Numbered from the stretch's first letter, positions 1-50,310 are shown. The stretch: DNA of 64,000 bases from Tubiluchus corallicola (GCA_030141605.1 JAQGDQ010000065.1:1-64000), one strand, 5' to 3'. A program made the numbers and translations. Notes: generated from the sequence alone by a model not told the origin.

Positions 1-2306
1 GAAAATCAAGTAGTAATTAGTGGAATTAAATTCTCTATATTAACCTGCATAGGGCACCACTGCAACAGAAAATCAAGTAGTAATTAGTGGAATTAAATTC
101 TCTATATTAACCTGCATAGGGCACCACTGCAACAGAAAATCAAGTAGTAATTAGTGGAATTAAATTCTCTATATTAACCTGCATAGGGCACCACTGCAAC
201 AGAAAATCAAGTAGTAATTAGTGGAATTAAATTCTCTATATTAACCTGCATAGGGCACCACTGCAACAGAAAATCAAGTAGTAATTAGTGGAATTAAATT
301 CTCTATATTAACCTGCATAGGGCACCACTGCAACAGAAAATCAAGTAGTAATTAGTGGAATTAAACTTATATTAACCTGCATAGCACCACTGCAACAGAA
401 AATCAAGTAGTAATTAGTGGAATTAAATTCTCTATATTAACCTGCATAGGGCACCACTGCAACAGAAAATCAAGCAGTAATTAGTGGAATTAAATTCTCT
501 ATATTAACCTGCATAGGGCACCACTGCAACAGAAAATCAAGTAATTAGTGGAATTAAATTCTCTATATTAACCTGCATAGGGCACCACTGCAACAGAAAA
601 TCAAGTAGTAATTAGTGGAATTAAATTTCTATATTAACCTGCATAGGGCACCACTGCAACAGAAAATCAAGTAGTAATTAGTGGAATTAAATTCTCTATA
701 TTAACCTGCATAGGGCACCACTGCAACAGAAAATCAAGTAGTAATTAGTGGAATTAAATTCTCTATATTAACCTGCATAGGGCACCACTGCAACAGAAAA
801 TCAAGCAGTAATTAGTGGAATTAAATTCTCTATATTAACCTGCATAGGGCACCACTGCAACAGAAAATCAAGTAGTAATTAGTGGAATTAAATTCTCTAT
901 ATTAACCTGCATAGGGCACCACTGCAACAGAAAATCAAGTAGTAATTAGTGGAATTAAATTCTCTATATTAACCTGCATAGGGCACCACTGCAACAGAAA
1001 ATCAAGTAGTAATTAGTGGAATTAAATTCTCTATATTAACCTGCATAGGGCACCACTGCAACAGAAAATCAAGTAGTAATTAGTGGAATTAAATTCTCTA
1101 TATTAACCTGCATAGGGCACCACTGCAACAGAAAATCAAGCAGTAATTAGTGGAATTAAATTCTCTATATTAACCTGCATAGGGCACCACTGCAACAGAA
1201 AATCAAGTAGTAATTAGTGGAATTAAATTCTCTATATTAACCTGCATAGGGCACCACTGCAGCATAAAATCAAGTAGTAATTAGTGGAATTAAATTCTCT
1301 ATATTAACCTGCATAGGGCACCACTGCAACAGAAAATCAAGCAGTAATTAGTGGAATTAAATTCTCTATATTAACCTGCATAGGGCACCACTGCAACAGA
1401 AAATCAAGTAGTAATTAGTGGAATTAAATTCTATATTAACCTGCATAGGCACCACTGCAACAGAAAATCAAGCAGTAATTAGTGAATTAAATTCTCTATA
1501 TTAACCTGCATAGGGCACCACTGCAACAGAAATCAAGTAGTAATTAGTGGAATTAAATTCTCTATATTAACCTGCATAGGGCACCACTGAAAGAAAATCA
1601 AGTAGTAATTAGTGGAATTAAATTCTCTATATTAACCTGCATAGGGCACCACTGCAACAGAAAATCAAGCAGTAATTAGTGGAATTAAATTCTCTATATT
1701 AACCTGCATAGGGCACCACTGCAACAGAAAATCAAGTAGTAATTAGTGGAATTAAATTCTCTATATTAACCTGCATAGGGCACCACTGCAACAGAAAATC
1801 AAGCAGTAATTAGTGGAATTAAATTCTCTATATTAACCTGCATAGGGCACCACTGCAACAGAAAATCAAGCAGTAATTAGTGGAATTAAATTCTCTATAT
1901 TAACCTGCATAGGGCACCACTGCAACAGAAAATCAAGCAGTAATTAGTGGAATTAAATTCTCTATATTAACCTGCATAGGGCACCACTGCAACAGAAAAT
2001 CAAGCAGTAATTAGTGGAATTAAATTCTCTATATTAACCTGCATAGGGCACCACTGCAGCATAAAATCAAGTAGTAATTAGTGGAATTAAATTCTCTATA
2101 TTAACCTGCATAGGGCACCACTGCAACAGAAAATCAAGCAGTAATTAGTGGAATTAAATTCTCTATATTAACCTGCATAGGGCACCACTGCAACAGAAAA
2201 TCAAGTAGTAATTAGTGGAATTAAATTCTCTATATTAACCTGCAGAGGGCACCACTGCAACAGAAAATCAAGCAGTAATTAGTGGAATTAATTTTTCTAT
2301 ATTAAC

Positions 2307-38213
<35,907 letters not shown>

Positions 38214-39562
38214 TTTTTGCTTGCCAAACAAAAACAGCCCGCCCTATGAACGTAATAAATAAAAATTAATCTGCAATTTCTATCTCCTCGTTATTCACGT
38301 TTCCACAAAAAACCGCCGCGGTAAAGCAAAGAACCGAATGCGAACTCTTTGAAGTCACTTTCACGCATAAATTAGTTTACGTTCAAACCAGGTTTAATTC
38401 CTCAATGATCCATCGCAGACTTTGTTAACTCTTAGAAAGTCAACCTGCAAGAAACATGTAAAAGAAATACAGGAAAATTCATTAAAGTTACTGCACATCA
38501 CCAGATACACTCAAAAACTAAGGTATGAGCATGATAAAGCCAAGCAGTATTAACCGAGTTAATAAAAGAACAGACAAAAAGGATTTTAGAGATAAAGCTC
38601 AATATGCTACGAAAGTGTAATTATAGGAGTAAGTTTAGAGGAGATCTATGGTGCCCACTATAAAAAAGTGGATATGACAGAGCATCTGTTCAAATGTACG
38701 GTGATAAGAATTGTGCTGTCAACTACAGAAGTAAATTTTCAAAATCTAATCGAGTCAGAAGATCCACAAATAGCAGTTGGTGGAATATGTTCAAATAGCA
38801 ATGGAAACAAGAAAAAGAAGAGGTGTCGTGCTGGAAATTTAGCCAAAACAATCACATGAATGATTATAAAGAAATAAGGTTGAATATGTTACTTGTGTCT
38901 TGCACGACATTCGTTTGTGTCTATCTAACCAGATAGAGTGGACACCAAGAAAACTACGAAACAATAATGACTGGCTATGCAAGGAAGAATGGCCTGCCTT
39001 GGCAAGTTGGCCGGTTGGCAGTTTCAATCCTGGAAAAGGGTCAACAGTTAGAATAAAGTCAAGTACTCCAATAATGCAAAATTGAACTGTTTCAAGCAGG
39101 ATTCTGTATAGAAGTGCAAAATTAATTATTTTAAATTATTTTCATTATATAGATCTATTATTGAATGCACAAAAGAAATCTGCGGAGATATAACACTAAG
39201 AAATAATAATCCGATATCCTCATAACTATTTACATTACTGGTACTTTTTAAGGCTCTCACAAAGAATTGTAGAAGGCGATGGCTTGTCCTCTGTGTAGCA
39301 ACATTATCATCATGAAAGAAGAGGATGTGATAGGTTAGTTAACACACTCCGGGATGCGACACAAATGAAGTTCACTAAATAAAGTGTATTGGACCGATGG
39401 GACCTTATGTAACGATATTACTACATAATCTTGTAGTATATTTTTATCTATGTACAGGACACCGCGATTTTTATCTCTGAGCCGAGTGTCTGTTATAATG
39501 TTTTTTTTTGTGGGAAACAATGACAATCTGGAATAAGCCCTGTACTAAGTGTACTTAAGCAA

Positions 39563-40065
39563 TGTAATGTAATGTAAAATTAATTTTATACAGCGCACTA
39601 CGTCACTTAAAATCTCAGGGCACTGAGTTATAAAGTTCATTTAAAATTCATAAGATACGTAAAATTTAAAAGACATTAAAAAATTAAAAATAATTCGAAA
39701 AGTACATGTAATCTAAGCAAACGTGGTTTAAGATGTTGTTTAAAAGAATTTAATAAATTTGCAGAACGCATAGCAGCAGGTAAATTATGATGCAGAGCAC
39801 AAACAGAAAAGTTTTACCATAGAATACTGTATTAGGAATTGGCTGATGTAAATTAAATTGTTTATCAGAACAAGGTGCTCAGCCCATGTTATAGCATATC
39901 AAAAGATCAGCACGTTATGGAGATGCCAAACCAAGTCGTATTTGTAGGTGATACAAAGAACTAATTTTAATACGGAACTTTATCGAAAAACGGCTAAAAA
40001 AGTCCATCTCTGAATAAGTTCTAAACACAAAAAATGTCCATGATAATCATACATGATAATAATGC
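39563..40065 (-). mobile_element. L2-like LINE 3' fragment
   Basis: Minus-strand end gcgctgtataaaattaatt followed by a (TTACA)n tail. Confidence 0.55.
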
Positions 40066-40743
40066 TTGACTAACATTTCGGCAACCTCAATAGTCTATGG
40101 AAAGTGCAAACGTGGACACATTCCCACTGCAAGTGAGTTTAAAATGTGATCATACGTGCTCATAGTGTCTAATCATGGTTCCTATTATTTAATTATTTTT
40201 AGTGCATATCAGATGATTGCAGAGTTCATACTTTAGTAGCAGTGTCATGAGTTTGTGAAGTTATCAACCACAAAACTGTGCATGAACAGTTTCTGTAGTT
40301 GTATTTCATGTAGTTGTATTTCTTGTAGTTTGTGTATATTTCTATACTGTAGTTGTGTGCTAGCAACTATAACAGTTATAGAACTACCAAAAGTAGTAGT
40401 TACAGCAATAACAACAATGTTACCATGGCATTTTCATTGTCAACATACTCACAATACAAACAGCAATAACTCCATCAAACATCAAACAGCATACAGTCAC
40501 TCCAGGTGCAGGTAGCACAACTGCCTTCAGCTACAACACCAACAGCAAAATATGACATCGTCTCTCTCATAACAACAAGAATAATTCAACAACTCGCTGA
40601 ATAAATTTCTTAAGTGTAATTGATCCAGCCCTGTGCTCTGGATACTTAGATAATCAGCTCATAGATGTGGATATAGATTAATCAATGAATAATCAAACAG
40701 GAATTCAAAATATAATTTTATTAACTTGCATAGTACTTTTTTG

Positions 40744-41300
40744 GTGATAGCGGTTAGAACAATTCATTTTTTTCTATTCAAAGATAAGGAAAGTTAAGAA
40801 CAGTAGATATCCAGTATAAAATTAATTTTACAATACATTACGTTACTTAAGTACACTTAGTACAGGGCTTATTCCAGATTATCACTGTTTCCCACAAAAA
40901 AACATTATAACAGACAGTTGGCTCAGAGATACGAATCACGTTCATAGATAAAAATATACTACAAGATTATTTAGTAATATCGTTACATATGGTCCCATCG
41001 GCCCGATAAACTTTATTTTGTGAACTTCATTTGTGTTGGATCCCGGAGTGTGTTAACTAACCGATCACATTCCTCTTCTTTCATGATGATAATGTTGTTT
41101 ACACAGAGGATAAGCAATCGGCCTTCTACAATTCTCTGTGAGAGCCTTAAAAAGTACCAGTAATGTAAATAATTATGAGGATATCGGATTATTATTTCTT
41201 GGTGTTATATCTTTGGAGATCTCTTTTTTCGTGATAGCGGTTAGAACTATTCATTTTATTTCTATTCACAGATAGGGAAAGTTAAGAACAGTAGATATCC
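40744..41300. repeat. Inverted copy (40813-41225) of 39176-39592, flanked by ~70-bp direct repeats (40744-40812 and 41231-41300)
   Basis: Reverse-complement match along ~410 bp; gtgatagcggttagaac...aagttaagaacagtagatatcc on both sides. Confidence 0.9.
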
Positions 41301-41961
41301 TGATTTATCACCCTTTCCCATGAGCTCGTAACAACTGTCTAAACTGTGGCTATGTCATCTGTGCCTACCTCTTCAGGTGCAACTCTGATACTTGTTGTGT
41401 GTGTCATCACATACTATTTTACTGTGCCAGATGTTCAACTCTTGCTGGCATGAGCACTAGATGGCACTTTCATATGTTAGGTGGCTGCGATCGTCCCATA
41501 CGACACAATGTATGTATGTGACTGGCTTCAGTTTCTGTCATTCATTCCTCATGGAATGCTTGTTCAACGGGTAAATGTCATTATTTCCGTGACAGTTTGT
41601 CATTTTAGTTTTTTTGTGGCACTGTCAAGATATCTGCAGGTATTGATGCATGATATCATGACTTCTCACCACTAATATGAGTATGAGCAGTTATTCTCAG
41701 TAGCAATTCGTTCCGTTCTACAGTACAAATTTATAGACATTTTCGTCCAGGCCAATCAAACGTCCTACTCTGCCCCACTGACCATCAGACAGTATTCTTG
41801 TAGGCTTAACCATCTGACTCCCGTATAGTGTTCATTGTGTATTTAGCTGCATACAACTCTTTTATGGCCTGTGGGTCCTTCATTGTGCCCATAGTTCAAA
41901 CCTATTATATGTCCTACGTGATGTCCCACACCTGGCACACCATATGTCACATCATGCTTAA

Positions 41962-42512
41962 AGGAAAACCGGACGATTGTTTAGACTCGATCTCATTTTA
42001 ATTTACTGTCCAAAATATACATTTTCTTGCCTGTAAAAGTTAACAATTGTTCCTTATATTTGAATAATTAGCTTAGAAAGATAATTAATGGCAACTGAAC
42101 ATAACTATTGCTTGCATCAGAAACTAACCACAGTTTGTGCGATGGCAGGCGTCTTCCCTTGTGCATCAAACACATTTGCGTAAGTGTTACAGTACCGTTT
42201 AAACGCACGATGTCACGAAAGATGGGCTTTATATCATATGACGTCATGGAACTAACATAGGAGTTAACGATCATGGTTATCACGGTACCGCCTTCTATTT
42301 GTCGGCCACGCACATATGACAAAAAGACACAACTGCCAATCTTAGTAGATTCAATGAGCTGCAAGTATCCTTTAAAAGTTTAAGGAAATTTCAATATCCG
42401 AGGTAATTATTATTTAATCTAAGCTTTGATTTTAAAAAAACTATTGTAGTTTTCAATATTTTAAAGCATTCTTTATTCAGAACTCGTGTTTACACAATCA
42501 TCCGGTTTTCCG
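41962..42512. mobile_element. Complete TTAA-flanked non-autonomous element (Kolobok-like family C); partial copies 62826-63160 and 63945-64000, end fragment ~3798-3816
   Basis: ttaa|aggaaaaccggacgattgtttagac ... gtttacacaatcatccggttttccg|ttaa. Confidence 0.8.
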
Positions 42513-44766
42513 TTAAAAAAATGTATTTTTTTAAAATAGTTGGCTTCTTTGTTGCTCTTGAATGACATAAATTCCAAACAAAAAAGATCAATTGTAAATA
42601 GCAATATTTGTAATTATAGGTGCTATTTGTTCCAGCACACTGTAACGTCTATGATGTGCAAATAAATGAAACTAAATTAACTTAAAATACATGCACAATT
42701 CTCCGAGTCGACCTCATCAGATAACTTTTTTCCTTTTGGCTCTAGCTAGTTTAGAATCAAAGATATCCTCGAGCTTAGTGCATCCTCCCTTCAATCTTAA
42801 TATTTCCAGGTGAAGGGTTCTTACTGTGTAGATTTCCATGGTAATGAACACTCTCCTCTGCTTACTAGGAGACACAATCATGCATGCAGTTACCCAAAAG
42901 ATAATGCAGTTGTGACTTTCAGACAGATATAAGTGTGCCAATGGACAGGTTACACTGGCAACATGTGTGCATCATGGAACCAGCCACTTGCCATCATAGG
43001 GTTGTTAACTTTCAGTTCATGTTGCACATATTTAGGCAGCTTCTCCTTGGAATTGCTCTTTCATCAATAAATTTCTAGAGATTTCCTCCTCATTAGTGAC
43101 CATCAATACCCTTCGCTTCAGGTTTCACCCATTTGTCACGATCGAGCCCTGCCAACTGTAAATCTGACAAATTTCTTTGGTATTGTTGTAGTGAAGGGTT
43201 GGTTTTCTGTCGTGGTTTCTTCAGTCTTACTGCCAGCGAGGCAAATTTACATTTGGTTGTTTGGTGGTAGATTATCAAGGAGGTATCTGAGCTGTAGAGT
43301 GTCCTCCTTGATTATGTTTGTTGAGAATGTTGTAAATGGCTTCAAAGCTGTTCCTGAGGTTCTTCATGCACTTCTGTGAAGCAAGTCCTGCCTTTGTTTT
43401 CCTACACCCAAACGAACTTTTGTTGCTAGTGATTCTTATCTTTTCATGTGGCAATGGGAGTCATGATGATGACTCACATGATGACTGGGTCAAAATTTTC
43501 CACTCAAATGGGGACCAGTTCCTGATTTTGTTTTAATTCCTGTCCACCTGCCTTGTTCATCCTGCGTGATTCTCATCTTTTCATGTGGCAATGGGAGTCA
43601 TGATGATGACTCACATGATGACTGGGTCAAATGCAGACCAGTTCTTGATTTTTTTTAAATTCTTGTCCACCTGCCTTGAACAGGTGTCGCAATGATGATT
43701 CAAATGATGACTGTGTCAAAACTTTTCCACTCAAATGGGAAGCAGTTCTTGATTTTGTTTTAATTTTTCTCCACCAGCCTTGTTCATCCTGTCTTGCTAG
43801 TGATTTGTCGTCAAAGACGTCACAGATCTTACAAGAGTTCCTGATGTGTTTTGACACTTAGTCTTACTCTCATACACTCATTGCTTATTTGCCTGTCTAC
43901 ATAGTTGCCGACATAGAGTCTCTTCCAGTCTCCATAGTGTCCATTTGCTAGTCCAGGAGGTACAATTATGACTCACGTCCTAGTGGATATTTGCGACATT
44001 CTTCAGAAAACTCAGCGTGCCATTTCTCTTACTTTGGGACTTCTTTGCAGGGTCCTTTGCAAGTGTGAGTTGAGGTATATCATCCAAATGGATGTTTTCC
44101 TAGCAAATGCCTACTGTTTGGCATATCTGTATGAATTCAAATTTCAAGAGAAAACTTGCCTGATCAATTTTAATTTTAATTAAAATTAAGTACTAGTTTC
44201 AGAGGTCCGGCCTTGTGAGACAGTCTTGACTCATCTGATGGTGACGTATTTCTGTGATCTCAAGATATCCTCAATCCTAATTGGTATTTTAAATTTTATC
44301 ATGAGAGTACATTAAGTCATAACCGTGGGCCCAGACTTTGTAGTCGTGCCTTTTTGTCATGTTGTGTGCACTGCAGTCACCACTTTGGGTCTTCCTTTTG
44401 GCAGTAAGATGGTAAGGGCACGGTGATTACTGCCATGCTGGTCATTCACCCATACAGAACTTAATCTATTCAAACGTGGGTCCTCCACTTTGCACTGACG
44501 TTATAATAAAACTACAGTAGTATTATCTTGTTGGGGTAACTCTGGCATTTAATTACTTAATTGATCTGATCACAGTCACACAGACTGCAATCCAGTGTTT
44601 TGCTCATAGATTGGTTGCTGATTTTTGCAAAAATGCTATATCTGTTACAGTATCTGTTCGGTATCAGTTTTGAGGGGAGATAATAGGTATCGGCTTCGGG
44701 GAATATCAAAATATCATTATTGGTTCAATCGTTTTTTCGGTTTCGGAACAACACTGGTGTCATGTA

Positions 44767-45142
44767 TAGGTGTTAGCGCCAAACCTTCAAGTGCGAACTT
44801 TCAAATTCGATTCGAACGAGTTTTTTAGTTCGAATTATCTCTTATTATTATTTATTACTATTATTTTAATAATTTTTATTATTAAAACGATTGAAACATC
44901 ATGCAATTAGCATAATCTTGCTGTGATATCTGCACACAATTTTAAACAAATTATTAATGGTTTTACTGGAGAACAAGATCAAGTAATATGCATGATCTTT
45001 GTGAAACTAATTTTTACTGGTAGTTCGAAAACTTGTTCGAAAATCTTTCAATCTCAATTCGATTCGAATTCGAAATACTGAAGTTTGGTGCGATTCGAAT
45101 TTGAAACGCTAAAATTTGATTCGATTCGAATTCGCAACCCTA
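44767..45142. mobile_element. hAT-like MITE with a perfect 8-bp TSD GTCATGTA
   Basis: gtcatgta|tagg...(ttcgaa-rich)...cgcaacccta|gtcatgta. Confidence 0.75.
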
Positions 45143-46082
45143 GTCATGTATGCACAATTGCACATTTCAACACATGCTGCTATAATCAATGATCGGTTAA
45201 TTGATATCTGTTTTGAGGAAATCGATATCGGTTCGATGTTGTTTTCGAGGAAACTCAAATAACTCGGTAATGGACTATCGGTTCAGATACGTTTTTGGCG
45301 GGTTCGGAACAACATGGTTAAAATGTGATCTTTCTGCGGCTTTATGGCATGGGCTCATGGACTCATAAACTTTATACCTGTACCTAGAAGGTTTCGCCTA
45401 TTTCTCGTTTCATGTTTACATCTGTACGTGTGAAACAGGGATAGGTTAAAGAGTTAATTTTTTTGTGCGTTTGAATAGCTAGGTCAGTTACTCACTTATT
45501 ATCTTGTATGAGTTTGTGTGGCTGTTTTATAGAAAAACGATTTTTACTTATGTACAGTTGTTGGAAAAGTAGTAATGTTTTTAAATTGTGGTACGCTCGT
45601 TCTAATTGTGGACGCAGCAGATAAATGAGGTAATATTTTTATTTGTTCTCAAGTAAGAGAAGTTACCTATCAAGAGTCACGTTTATTGATCGAGTAATTA
45701 AGCACAACAGTGCATAAAAAAATCAGGAAATTATGTGAAGAAAAGCTCTCTCCTGGGCGTGCATTTATTTGCAGTTTGTACTATAACACTATGACGTAAA
45801 CACTTTATCACTAATGGAAAGATATTTCAATTTGCCAATGACATTAATATGTTGTAATAATTTTAACAAGTGTGAATGTAGTTGCATGACAAAGTCAGTC
45901 TGAACTGAGTGGTTATTTTTTGCAGTTTGCTCTATCAGATTTTGAATAAGACGTATTTCATCGCTAAATTTTATACTTTTTTAGGTTCACAATGGGTTGG
46001 TAGAAAGACAAATGGTTGGGAATGAATATAATCATGAGTGAGTGACATACAGTAAAAAACAGCCGCGCTGTAAGCGTTGAAC

Positions 46083-47130
46083 ATGATAGCAGCTATTATA
46101 GGTCTCCTGTACGCTGTTGTAAAGTCGGCAGTAATTGCCGTTGATTTTTGCCTTGGTGCATTACTGAATTTGTTCAATTTTAATTACAGCATGGTGTCTT
46201 CGATGTTAGGGTATGTAGCATTGGGTGTGAACTATGCATTTTTTGCTGTGTTCGTTGTCTACCAAGTTACCGTGGACTTCTTTCAAATTGCCATCGTTCT
46301 GACCGGTCACTTGATTGATTGGTTAGTACATGTCTTCATTGGTGTCGTAAGTTTCGTCAGAGCTTTGTTGCAAATTGCGTGTGTCATGTGGGAAAATGGT
46401 ACTGACATAATGGATACTGTGAAATTCACGTTGCAAAGACTGTTTTACGAAGACGATGATGTTATGTTTGAACAAATAGACTCAACTGAAAGAGCTGAGT
46501 ATATTTTTGGGAGTAACTTTGTCCCGCTGTATGTTTATTTTATTATTATTGCATTGCTTCTGTTCATTTTAGTGGCAGTAACATTTTTCGCTCCGGTTTT
46601 TCTGATTTTTTCCGCGGCAGGACAGACTTTTCTTTTTGTTTTCGGGGGCGTGGCAAATGTCATGCCGTGCACAAGGAACCGACGACGCGAGAAGTCGGCA
46701 AAGCGAAAATCTGAGGCGCATTGTGGGCAGTTTCAATGGAGATTCTGAACCGGAGGAAAATGAGGGACCTTCCGCACCTCTTCCAAGTCCTCAAACGCCT
46801 CCTACTTTAAGGAGGAGAACTGCGCCTGACATTAATCGATCTTCCAGTGAGCACAGTATTCATCGGAGGGTGAATCCATCTGTCGCACAATCGCACGAAG
46901 ATGACAGTACCGATGATGACAACTCTGCATCTTTGTACCCGTCCCTTGAGAGACTTCAACGAGAGGAAAGACATCAATGTGTCGTGTGCCAGGATAAAGA
47001 AAAGAACACGTTACTAATTCCATGCAGACATCTGTGCTTGTGTGAACTATGTGCTACGCACATCCTCAATAGAAGGGAATGTCCCATATGTCGGAATTAC
47101 GTACGAGAAATTGTTCATGTCTATCTGTGA
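46083..47130 (+). CDS. RNF26: RNF26-like multi-TM RING E3 ligase; coding region has no evident intron and is interrupted by a +1 frameshift between 46606 and 46748
   Basis: A hydrophobic N-terminal ORF (ATG 46083) overlaps a +1 frame ending CVVCQDKEKNTLLIPCRHLCLCELC...CPICRNYVREIVHVYL. This matches the RNF26 C-terminal RING as recalled (CVICQD...PCRHLCLC...CPLCR...VYL). Confidence 0.85.
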
Positions 47131-47145
47131 TACTTGTGGGTAGTA

Positions 47146-47320
47146 CGGTCAAATCTCTTTATACCACTTCTATTTGGGACTGCAAAAAGGTTGCCGTTAA
47201 GCGAGTTTCACACTATAACAACGTGCATTAATGCAAATATAGAAATTTTGTTTTGCCAAAAATTTTGGCATTAAGTGAGGTTAACGTTATGAAGGGGAGT
47301 GTTATAGCGAGGTTTGACTA
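47146..47320. mobile_element. Degenerate Tigger-like MITE immediately after the RNF26 stop codon
   Basis: cggtcaaatctctttataccac vs gtgttatagcgaggtttgact. Confidence 0.55.
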
Positions 47321-47950
47321 GAGATAGTATTTCCTGCAGTGCATTTCTTAAATAAATAATCTGGCAAAACTGTAAATTTGAAAATGCCAACACATTATTT
47401 ACTTGTTTATAAAAGTACTGTTAGATCTTGGGCTTATATTTTCTGCGACAGATTCATCTGGTGAAAAGAATAAATTCCATTTTTTATTTATTGCATTACC
47501 TTTCTTTAAATGAGTTCAAGTTCAAATTGTCTATGACAGACAAGACTAAACATTTATAGGTTTAGCCACTAGCTTATAATTTAGTTTGCAAGATGCAATT
47601 ATCTTAGGATGTAGTTTGTCTTTATTAGCTCTTTCAAAACTTCTGCCAGTTGTTCAAATCTTTGATGTGTATCGAGGGTTTTATTGGTGTACTGCAAAGC
47701 AGTTGTCGTCAATGTTGTACAGTATTTTGAATTACCCTCTGTATAGTAAAAAAAAACATCTCGAAATTTACTGTTTTCGATGGTTTAATATTGGAAAAGT
47801 AGCGGCAGAATTGTGCCGTATTGCTTTCTGTAGGTTAGTATTCTAAAAAATGTGAAGTCTTCGCACGTTCACTAAGACAAATCGTAAGAAACATCCACTC
47901 AGCAATTTTTAATAAACCGTTGACAGCACATTGTCGTTCCGAAGCATTTT

Positions 47951-48550
47951 ATCAATCAATCAGTCAATTTATTTCACTCCAGCAATACATAATTATACAA
48001 TACATTAACATACAATATTATTGAAACAAAAAGAAATAGTATAGATAAAAAAACGTTGATGAAGACAAATTAACCAAATAAAAGAGTTGCTGTATGACAC
48101 CTTGAAAGCTTGGCTTGTTAGGGTGGCAGAAATGAGTGAATGAAAGAATGCTTAGGGTTAGTAGACATGATGGAATGGGAAAAATAATAAGATTAGGGAT
48201 AGGAAGGAGGAAGGGAGGGAAGGATGAGTGAATGAAAGAATAGTTAGGGTCAGAAGAAATGATGGAATGGAAAAATAGCAAGATTAGGGATAGGAAGAAG
48301 GAAGGGAGGGAAGGATGAGTGAATGAAAGAATGGTCAGGGTTAGTAGACATGATGGAATGGAAAAAAATAGTAAGATTAGGGATAGGAAGAAGGAAGGGA
48401 GGAGAGGATGAGTGAATGAAAGAATGGTTAGGGTTAGTAGACATGATGGAATGGAAAAAAATAGTAAGATTAGGGATAGGAAGAAGGAAGGGAGGGAAGG
48501 ATGAGTGAATGAAAGAATGGTTAGGGTCAGTAGACATGATGGAATGGAAA
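47951..48550 (-). mobile_element. Second copy of the probable LINE-tail element with the ~92-bp array (~4.5 copies)
   Basis: Collinear with 30603-31335. Confidence 0.7.
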
Positions 48551-49067
48551 TTTTTTTAAAAGTTTAAGCTGTGCAAAATGTCACCATTCACTGACAATTG
48601 TGTCATTTTCAAATGAACAAGAATTCTGCTGTGATGCAGTTTAGGGAAGTGTCCAACGAATTACCTCATTTCACTAATGTTTCCAAATTTTCTTCCTAGG
48701 TGGCGCCACATGCTCTTAAATATATTTTTCAAGATGGTAGTGAATGTTGTTTGCCATAAATACTGCGTCTGGTAACGTTTGCTAGTGTGATATGTTAAAA
48801 TTGAAAATGACATATTTTCGATCTGTATGCTGTGATAAAATTATAACTGTACTGTGAACTATTCTTTGCCGTTTTTTCATTATTTAATAAAAAGATGCCC
48901 ACAAAGGTTAACGAATACTTAGCATTACTGCTTTTTAATCATTTAAACGAGACGTTTAATTCGACTTTGCATCTTGAAAATGGAAAATTCTAATTTGAAA
49001 CTCAGCAACGATACTTTCTTTATTCTTTGTACAGTATGTTCCAAGGGTTCTTTGTTTACTTGAACGA

Positions 49068-49162
49068 AAGGGCGTGGCTATAGGCGGAGCACGGCACGTT
49101 AATTGGTCTATTGATCGCACGTGGTCTGGCTCACTAGTACGCTGCTGCCGGTCCATTTTGCA
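49068..49162 (+). promoter_or_regulatory. Probable ZMYND19 promoter
   Basis: CpG-rich patch with GGGCGTGGC and GGCGGAG (Sp/KLF-like), ATTGG (CCAAT), CACGTG and CCATTTTG (YY1-like), 120-210 bp before the ATG. Confidence 0.5.
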
Positions 49163-49278
49163 GAGAACAAGTTACACGAGGGACGTTGCAGCAGCAGCGT
49201 AGGTGTTCCTCTCTCTGCAAATTTTAGAGATATTAGATCTGATTTTCGTGAGACCAGTGCATCGGGAAAACAACGAAC

Positions 49279-49329
49279 ATGTCAGGATTTAAGCTTGGAA
49301 TTGTCAGGTTGGGGAGAGCAGCGGGAAAG
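49279..49329 (+). CDS. ZMYND19: ZMYND19 exon 1 (MSGFKLGIVRLGRAAGK); later exons not found in this window
   Basis: aacATG...GGA AAG|gtaaga; nearly identical to the human N-terminus MTDFKLGIVRLGRVAGK as recalled. Confidence 0.88.
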
Positions 49330-50310
49330 GTAAGACAACTTTTCTTTGTTCGTGGCTGTTACTTCTAATGGTTTGCAATTACTGTAGATTTCCTAGTGTA
49401 TTGTGTTCAAGCTGTACTATATGAGAGAGAAAAGCATTCGAATTTCTGCGTTTTTTTACTGTTAACTGAGATTTTTAAAATATGAACTATATAAAATCTG
49501 ATGTTCTGAAACGTTGTAAGACAAGATAAATACTTACAGGCTCATTACATTTTTTTTAGGTGTTTGTATATATACATACAGATACATATATAAACATTGT
49601 AGTATTAAAAATAGATTTGGTATTAAATTAAGTACTAAGTAGCAGAAATGTATATTTAATCTAGTCGAATTTTTTAAAGGGCAGAAAAAATAGTAAGCGA
49701 GAAATTCTTGAGAATTGAATGCGAGGTTACATTGTGAATAATAATAATAGTTATACTATATGCATAAATTTATCTTGCATCAGAATGTTATCGTGCATAA
49801 AATAGTGTTAAAAAAGTTGAACTGACTTCGTTACAGCGCGAGCTTGTTACTCGACGAGCTCATTAGCTTTATTCTGTGGCATTCACACCTGCCTTAAACG
49901 AGTTTTTTGCCTAAATGTTGTAAACTTTCGCTTCTTGTGCGATCGTAACTTTGCCTGTTTCGCTGAATAAAGGAAATCGGTGGTTTTTAGAATGTCTCAC
50001 TCCCCTGAGTCGTCTGGACTTCCTTTCTTTGTGTCGGGCATGTGCGTTTCCTGCCACCCCCACACGTTGATACGATACGAAATTAGTATACATGTATTAG
50101 TATATATATTAGGACCGTCGATCTTTGTGGACAAAGCCTTTGGGTGGTTTACTGACAGTAGAGCAATTCTTATAAAAATAAAAGAATGGTCGAAAGTTTA
50201 TTTAAGTCTTGCAACATTTGAAAACATTGGATTTTATATAGTTCATATTATAAAAAAAATCTCGGTTAACGCTAAAGAAATGCATAAATTCGAATGCTTT
50301 TCTCCCTCAT

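Noticed and set aside
42700-42725. Hammerhead ribozyme core (CTGATGAG on the minus strand)
   Set aside because: No stem II followed by GAAA and no flanking stems
43093-43860. Short ORFs and local degenerate duplications
   Set aside because: Possibly a decayed RTE end (DRDKW) plus small duplications; too weak to call
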